NCBI GenBank assembly: GCA_036733165.1
Contig: DAINBB010000005.1
Location: 5,547-69,546, forward strand
Source: Halobacteria archaeon
GTDB taxonomy: Archaea; Methanobacteriota_B; Thermococci; Methanofastidiosales; NM3
Direction: 5' to 3'
DNA: 64,000 bases
A program made the translations under genes and the position numbers. Shown in pieces: positions 58,813 through 64,000 of this stretch. Within the stretch, counting starts at the first letter, position 1. Each line of letters opens with the position of its first letter. The notes beneath the pieces were generated by a model. That model was not told the DNA's origin. It did no database searches and saw only the letters and a program-made list of their open reading frames with translations.

Positions 58813-59538
58813 CTATGGACCGATCGTCTCTTCGAAACATTTCATTAGGATGTTCATGTTTCCATCTGTCCGTTCCATTGGGAGCTCCACATCGGTCGAG
58901 GCCTTTCGGGCGAGATCCATATCGACATCTTCCCAAAGGCCATGGTCTATGACCATCGTTCTGCGATATCCCGCATACTCCAACATCATCTTCATCCCCT
59001 CCATGTCGCCATCCCGGTTCCCCATCAGGCCCGCCATGTCCTTCCAATGAAGGGCGAATCCCGGAATGAAGAACAAGCTTCCAAGATTCTTCAGCTGTTT
59101 TAGGTATTCCTTCCTGCCTAGGACAGAACAGATGCAGTCGTCGACTATCTCTCCTTCGTCCCTTGGCGCTATCAGTTCTATGTCCTCCCTGTTGAACACC
59201 CTTTTCGAGGCGTCCCCGCAGAGGCCGTAGAGCATCATTACCTTGTCACAATGTTCCTTTAGAGCGTCTATGGACCTTGACCTTTTCTCTATGAGGTCGT
59301 CGATGTCTACATGCAGTCCTATGGGCAGTATCTCCAATAGGACGTCCGTTCCCTCACCCTTGGGCAGGCCCCCTATATCATCGATGAAATTGAGCTTCCT
59401 TTTCTTGAGCATGGACGAGAATTCCATGTTCTCTTTCGTTGGCCTTGCGTATACCCTGTCTATCGATCCGTTTTTCTCCAACAGGAACGCAAGCTCCTTC
59501 TCGAACACCTGACAGGCAATGATGCCCACCCTCTTCAT
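58813..59538 (-). CDS. DUF1638 domain protein (paralog 2)
   Basis: 241 aa from ATG 59538 (MKRVGIIACQVFEKE...); the N-terminal extension of the track ORF is intergenic. Confidence 0.6.
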   Translation of the reverse strand: MKRVGIIACQVFEKELAFLLEKNGSIDRVYARPTKENMEFSSMLKKRKLNFIDDIGGLPKGEGTDVLLEILPIGLHVDIDDLIEKRSRSIDALKEHCDKVMMLYGLCGDASKRVFNREDIELIAPRDEGEIVDDCICSVLGRKEYLKQLKNLGSLFFIPGFALHWKDMAGLMGNRDGDMEGMKMMLEYAGYRRTMVIDHGLWEDVDMDLARKASTDVELPMERTDGNMNILMKCFEETIGP

Positions 59539-59619
59539 GAAAAAACATGATGTCCTTGGTATATAAGTTTGAGCTTGTATTATCATAATAGCACATATGA
59601 TAATATATAAGGAAATTAA

Positions 59620-59760
59620 AAGGTGGACCAGCACCCCCGACAATTGGGTTAAGGTGCTACGTTCAGTACGAACACCTCTTTTTTCAGGTGCTGGTCCGTG
59701 CAACGATCTCCTACATAGGGCCTTTCGGTGTATGCAGTTCCAAACCACCGAAGTGATTTG
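59620..59760. ncRNA. candidate structured RNA: nested inverted repeats in a 430-bp non-coding gap
   Basis: 11-bp perfect stem ggaccagcacc (59625-59635) / ggtgctggtcc (59687-59697) enclosing an inner aggtg..gttc-agtac-gaac..cacct hairpin; second stem ttcggtg / caccgaa at 59724-59752; strand and identity unknown. Confidence 0.2.
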
Positions 59761-59973
59761 AGAGACCCATGTGATCGACGTTCCAGAACAGTACACTGAA
59801 TTCCTGTTCCTTTGCTCCCACATGTTTGTTGCAATATAATATACACATCATTCCTATATAAATTTATTTTGACAAAAAGAAATTGATATTGATACATTAT
59901 GTATCAGTTCTAACCATTAAAATGTAAAAAATAAGATATATTATAAAATAATAAAAAATATTATCATATCTAA

Positions 59974-60480
59974 TCAATGGAACATAATCAGTTTTGATAA
60001 TTTTTCAGGTATATTGTCTATTTTTTCTTGGATATGTTTCTTTTTGGCTTCTGAACATTCGCCAATGAATAACCCAAGGTCCTTGAATTCCTTGATGGGA
60101 TGATTGGATATGTCTTGTATCGTTTTCTCATAGAGCTTATCTATCTGCAGGCATTCCTCGATAAACTTGAGCTCAATATCCTTCATGTTCAAAACGACCT
60201 GTTGCACCTTTTTGAGTAGTGGATTCTCCAATTTGTCCACAAGTTCTTTCCTTAGCAGCGCATCGTAGATGAATCTCCTGTACCAGGTGATGTTGTCCCT
60301 GTTCGTCATGATCGTTTTATTTCCGCTCTTGTAGTCCTTGATGTACTTGTCATATTGCTGTGCAAGCAGGATTGCATCTGAGAAGATCCTTTTCTCCTCA
60401 GAGTTAAGATCAAGTTCCATGGTATCTATAATATCGTTTGGAGACACTTCGTTAAAATATTCGGCATGCTGCAATTTCAT
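59974..60480 (-). CDS. hypothetical protein in AT-rich islet
   Basis: 169 aa from ATG 60480 (GTG 60513 in track); Lys/Glu-rich, no motif; local GC far below the window average. Confidence 0.4.
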   Translation of the reverse strand: MKLQHAEYFNEVSPNDIIDTMELDLNSEEKRIFSDAILLAQQYDKYIKDYKSGNKTIMTNRDNITWYRRFIYDALLRKELVDKLENPLLKKVQQVVLNMKDIELKFIEECLQIDKLYEKTIQDISNHPIKEFKDLGLFIGECSEAKKKHIQEKIDNIPEKLSKLIMFH

Positions 60481-60567
60481 ATTACCACTTCTACTATAAT
60501 TCCAACTGACCACTAATAACTTTTTTTCTTTATAAGGGCTTTGATGTGGAAAGAAGAAAAAGGGGAA

Positions 60568-61344
60568 TTATATCCCCCTCAGTGTTCCAAAGAAGACCTG
60601 CCAGGCCAAAAGTGATTTGGAGACAAGACTGAGCACAATATACATCTTTTCCCCATAGTAGTAGTCTTTCCAGCGTCCGACACCCTTGTATTGCAGTGCC
60701 ATATTGACCGCGAAGCTCATGAAGAATGTGAAGAGGGAGACAAATATATAGTATACGAAGTCTGGCACGCCACCGCCGTCTCCGCCCGCACCGGCCAGGT
60801 ACATCGCTATCACTATCCAAGGCGCTGATCCGGCGATGCATCCGAATATGTAAGCGGTCCAGCTTACCTTTTCCCTGTCTTGATTGTATAGTTCCATCAT
60901 CAGTCCAAAGAGGTTCATCGTGCCGTTTATCATGAAGATGGGTATGAGTGCTGCAATGTCGTAGATGCCGGTCAACATTGCAATAACGACTATCATTATG
61001 GAGGAACTAAGGGCATACTCGTACCAACGGAGATAGTTTATATGTCTCTTTAGATTTTTCACATACCATTCAAATCCGATAGTTGAGAGGTAGAAGTGAC
61101 ATACTGCGGATATCAGTAGAAATAATGCAATCAACGGCCCGAGGGGAACTGAAACCATATCTTCCATGACGGTTTCCAGAGATTGCGTTTCGACAAAGAA
61201 TTTGACATAGAAACTCTTTATGGGCAGTGAATAACCGTTGCTCAAGTATAATATCAATAAGGACTGTACAAGGTGCAGACAACCCATGAAAAGATTGAAG
61301 TTCTTTAAACCTTTGAAGGTCTTTTCATCATCTTTTGTTGTCAT
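60568..61344 (-). CDS. heliorhodopsin (7-TM retinal-binding photoreceptor)
   Basis: 258 aa, 7 TM; blocks that match heliorhodopsin 48C12 as recalled: LKNFNLFMGCLHLVQ, RWYEYALSSSIMIVVIAM (TM3 counterion Glu), FGCIAGSAPW, VPDFVYYIFVSLFTFFMSFA, YIVLSLVSKSLLAWQVFFGTL (TM7 Schiff-base Lys at residue 243). Confidence 0.8.
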   Translation of the reverse strand: MTTKDDEKTFKGLKNFNLFMGCLHLVQSLLILYLSNGYSLPIKSFYVKFFVETQSLETVMEDMVSVPLGPLIALFLLISAVCHFYLSTIGFEWYVKNLKRHINYLRWYEYALSSSIMIVVIAMLTGIYDIAALIPIFMINGTMNLFGLMMELYNQDREKVSWTAYIFGCIAGSAPWIVIAMYLAGAGGDGGGVPDFVYYIFVSLFTFFMSFAVNMALQYKGVGRWKDYYYGEKMYIVLSLVSKSLLAWQVFFGTLRGI

Positions 61345-61568
61345 GTGTTACATTATATGTCTTATTGATATTCTTATATTTATCTAGATATATTGTTTTT
61401 TTCATACATTTTTTCTATTTTTTTCGACGTGTTCTTCAATATTGAACTTTCTTTTTAGATCATTGGGTTCATATATCTCACTTTTCCAAAGACAAGTTCC
61501 TTTTTCCATCACAAATATGTTAAAGCCTGCATTATAGATACATATTTGCATAAATAAGGTGAAAGACC

Positions 61569-62063
61569 ATGGATGTAATGGAAGCCATAAGGAAAAGAAG
61601 AAGTGTTAGGAAGTATTCAAATAGAAGGGTGGATGATGAGACGGTAGGCGTTTTACTCGAGGCCGCGAGACTTGCACCTTCTGCCAGAAACATACAGAAC
61701 AGGAAATATGTCGTTTTAGACAATATAGATGATGAGGTGGCGGATGCATGCAATGGCCAATCATGGGTATCCACAGCCCCCTTGATGATGATGGGCTTGA
61801 TAGACCCTACTGTCAACAAATGGGCCGAGACCGACATGGCCATCGCCTTTGAACAGGTAGTCCTGGAGGCTGTTGAACTGGGTCTTGGGACCTGTTGGAT
61901 CGGCGCCTTTGATGAAGGGAAGATAAAAAGGATAATAGGCGCACCTGAGAACATGAGGGTATATGCACTATTGTCAATTGGTTATCCAGAAACGAATCCT
62001 TCCCAGATGACCAGCAAAAAGCCTATCGATGAAATATGGTCCAAGGACAAGTACAAGTGGTAA
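61569..62063 (+). CDS. nitroreductase-family protein
   Basis: 164 aa; RRSVRKY FMN-binding motif at N-terminus. Confidence 0.8.
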   Translation: MDVMEAIRKRRSVRKYSNRRVDDETVGVLLEAARLAPSARNIQNRKYVVLDNIDDEVADACNGQSWVSTAPLMMMGLIDPTVNKWAETDMAIAFEQVVLEAVELGLGTCWIGAFDEGKIKRIIGAPENMRVYALLSIGYPETNPSQMTSKKPIDEIWSKDKYKW

Positions 62064-62243
62064 TCAGAACTCAAGTCTCGTCTTATTGCCGCAGATGGGA
62101 CAGGATGCCAGCACGTTAAGTTCCTCGTTCTTATCCTTTTTTTGATCATATTCATCCAAAAGGTCAGTATCGGGCGTGAATTCATGGCTGCATCTGGGAC
62201 ATTTGACCTTTTTGCCGATATCGCAACTTTCTCCTTTTTTCAT
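62064..62243 (-). CDS. small zinc-ribbon protein (59 aa, not in ORF track)
   Basis: hand translation MKKGESCDIGKKVKCPRCSHEF...ASCPICGNKTRLEF; two CxxC pairs; stop abuts the nitroreductase stop. Confidence 0.35.
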   Translation of the reverse strand: MKKGESCDIGKKVKCPRCSHEFTPDTDLLDEYDQKKDKNEELNVLASCPICGNKTRLEF

Positions 62244-62334
62244 CGTTTCACCAGAACTACATTATCTCTCTATAGGTACTATATACACCTTTGTGAACAT
62301 TATATTTATATTTTTTCTAATTGAGATATATGCC

Positions 62335-62673
62335 ATGAGAGAAAGGGATTATGATGTGAAGAAGAAAAAACTCATCGAGAATCTGGCATGGGCCGCCTTC
62401 GTGCTTTTGATCGGCATTATCCTGTTGGTGCCCGGGGACACACCCGAGGGCACATGGTATCTTTTCATCGGATTGATACTCGTCTGCATGAACATCGGGA
62501 AATATATCCTTGGAGTGCCAATAAGCACCCTGACCTTGGGGGGCGGACTGGTCCTGTCCATAGCAGGTCTAACAGATTATGCAGGTCTTGACCTTTCCCT
62601 TGGCCCGATAGTGCTGATAATAATAGCCCTCCTCATTGCCATCAGGACCATCCATAGTTATCAGGGAAAGTGA
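62335..62673 (+). CDS. small membrane protein (3 TM)
   Basis: 112 aa from ATG 62335; upstream part of the track ORF is AT-rich intergenic. Confidence 0.4.
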   Translation: MRERDYDVKKKKLIENLAWAAFVLLIGIILLVPGDTPEGTWYLFIGLILVCMNIGKYILGVPISTLTLGGGLVLSIAGLTDYAGLDLSLGPIVLIIIALLIAIRTIHSYQGK

Positions 62674-62677
62674 TGGA

Positions 62678-63355
62678 ATGGCAACAAGGGAATTCGATAT
62701 AGAACTGGACAAGGCCAGTGTCAAGAGGATCCTTACGACCAGTAGTGGAAAAGGTCTTGACGATACGATCGACAACGTGCTGGAGACATGCATGGAAACT
62801 GCGCATCCCATCGCAGCATATGAAACGTCCGACATCAAAGTTCTTGATGACGACAGGCTCCTGATAGGCGGTGAGGAGTTCACTAGCAATTTCCTCAGAA
62901 GGTGCCTAGGACAAAAGGAGAAGGTCCATCCCTTTGTAATGACCCTGGGAAAAAAGACCGATGAGGCACTTTATGGGCAATCAGATGTCCTGTCACAATA
63001 CATACTTGACGTTCTCTACAATCTTGTCCTGGTCAAGATGGAAAGGGGGTTGAGGTCGCAGATAGGCAATGAATATTCATACGCCCACATCTCAAAACTG
63101 AGCCCGGGGTCGCTTGACTATTGGCCCCTACAGCAACAGCTGCCTCTTTTTAATCTGCTTTCAGAGGGAATAAAACAGATTGATGTTGAGTTGGACAAGA
63201 ACTGTATCATGCATCCATCAAAATCCATATCAGGGATCATATTCCAAACGAGAATACCTTTCAGTTCCTGTATATTCTGTTCGATGGAGGGGTGCCCCGG
63301 CAGGGAGCAACCATACCAAATAGAAAAATCGGAATATTATCTTGGAAAGATTTAG
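62678..63355 (+). CDS. protein resembling the stand-alone B12-dependent methionine synthase activation domain (PF02965-like), uncertain
   Basis: 225 aa from ATG 62678; SPGSLDYWPLQQQ motif recalls the MetH AdoMet-binding domain SPGY..W; C-terminal Cys cluster; from memory only. Confidence 0.35.
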   Translation: MATREFDIELDKASVKRILTTSSGKGLDDTIDNVLETCMETAHPIAAYETSDIKVLDDDRLLIGGEEFTSNFLRRCLGQKEKVHPFVMTLGKKTDEALYGQSDVLSQYILDVLYNLVLVKMERGLRSQIGNEYSYAHISKLSPGSLDYWPLQQQLPLFNLLSEGIKQIDVELDKNCIMHPSKSISGIIFQTRIPFSSCIFCSMEGCPGREQPYQIEKSEYYLGKI

Positions 63356-63394
63356 TTGGAACTCTATTGGCGTGAACGGCGAGGCTTTGACATC

Positions 63395-63577
63395 TTACTT
63401 TATCTCTTCATAATATTCGTTCATTATCTGTTGAAGCTCTCCCATCATCTTGTTGATCTCAGAGTTCATTTTTCGTATTTCAACGAGATATTCGTTCATC
63501 GTCTTCTCATATAGTTCCATGTTGGTCTTGTATATCTTCAACCTCTCAGCCAATAGCTTGATTTTCTCTTCCATCAT
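63395..63577 (-). CDS. small coiled-coil protein, hypothetical
   Basis: 60 aa heptad-like Lys/Glu-rich ORF followed by very AT-rich sequence. Confidence 0.25.
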   Translation of the reverse strand: MMEEKIKLLAERLKIYKTNMELYEKTMNEYLVEIRKMNSEINKMMGELQQIMNEYYEEIK

Positions 63578-64000
63578 TTATGTTATGTCGTTTATACTAA
63601 TTAAATCTAATCTCCGTTACCTTTCCACTATGCTGGCTGTCCGCACCAAAACCCCACAATAAGAGCTGCATTCCATATTGGAAAAGTGATTTTTGTTATA
63701 AATATTGTCCTTAAATATATAATAATAATGAATTATATTTACATATTTTTCTATTTAATAAAATTAATTTAATTAATTTAGATTTATCAGAATATATATA
63801 ACATAGACACAACTATTTTATGAACATAAAAGTGTTAAACTCATAAAATATATCCTTTTCTATACATATTTTATGTCAAGAAAACTATTTATAGCATCGA
63901 GTGGTATGTAATTATGTCAGCAACACAAGGGAGCGAAGGAATGGATTCAGTCTACCATTCCGGAACACAGAACTTGTGGGTTTCAAGATTGCTACGCAAC

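Noticed and set aside
59620-59760. Possibility that the stem-loop region is tRNA-Pyl (pylT) or another tRNA
   Set aside because: There is no GTTCRANYC T-loop, no 7-bp acceptor plus D-arm geometry, and no CUA anticodon loop in a tRNA-like context. It is kept only as a generic structured-RNA candidate.
1-64000. CRISPR arrays, rRNA/tRNA genes, transposases or integrases; pyrrolysine (in-frame TAG) methyltransferase genes
   Set aside because: No short direct-repeat arrays, no tRNA-like cloverleaf candidates in intergenic regions, and no IS or integrase-like ORFs were seen. No pair of same-frame ORFs is separated by a single TAG.

Overview
This is a 64 kb archaeal chromosomal segment of about 55% GC with tightly packed, often 4-bp-overlapping genes, and no rRNA, tRNA or CRISPR array. 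The gene content points to a methanogen or alkanotroph of the Thermoplasmata/Methanomassiliicoccales type. The backbone is housekeeping and cofactor metabolism: hypD, rbr-dfx, glyA, proS-proC, glyS, a RamA-like corrinoid activase, a P-type ATPase, feoA-feoA-feoB with a DtxR-family regulator, a nine-gene molybdopterin operon, and a duplicated ABC-2 exporter. The most striking block is a single minus-strand operon of 12 genes (19481-31036) that encodes every step from glutamyl-tRNA to coenzyme F430: hemA, hemL, hemB, hemC, a cobA/hemD fusion, sirC and cfbABCDE. Near the 3' end, inside a clearly AT-rich islet, sits a 258-aa seven-helix protein with strong similarity to heliorhodopsins, including the Schiff-base Lys and the TM3 Glu. 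A light sensor in an F430-encoding anaerobe is unexpected, and it is the top finding. Other notable points are a conserved ATTCG-N6-CGAAT palindrome in front of both feoA genes and the DtxR gene, a recent internal duplication in a large parallel beta-helix surface protein, a diverged DUF1638 paralog pair flanking a REC-PAS histidine kinase and a MATE exporter, and a candidate structured RNA at 59.6-59.8 kb. The ORF track uses TTG and GTG starts, so several starts were moved to the first in-frame ATG and are flagged in the evidence.
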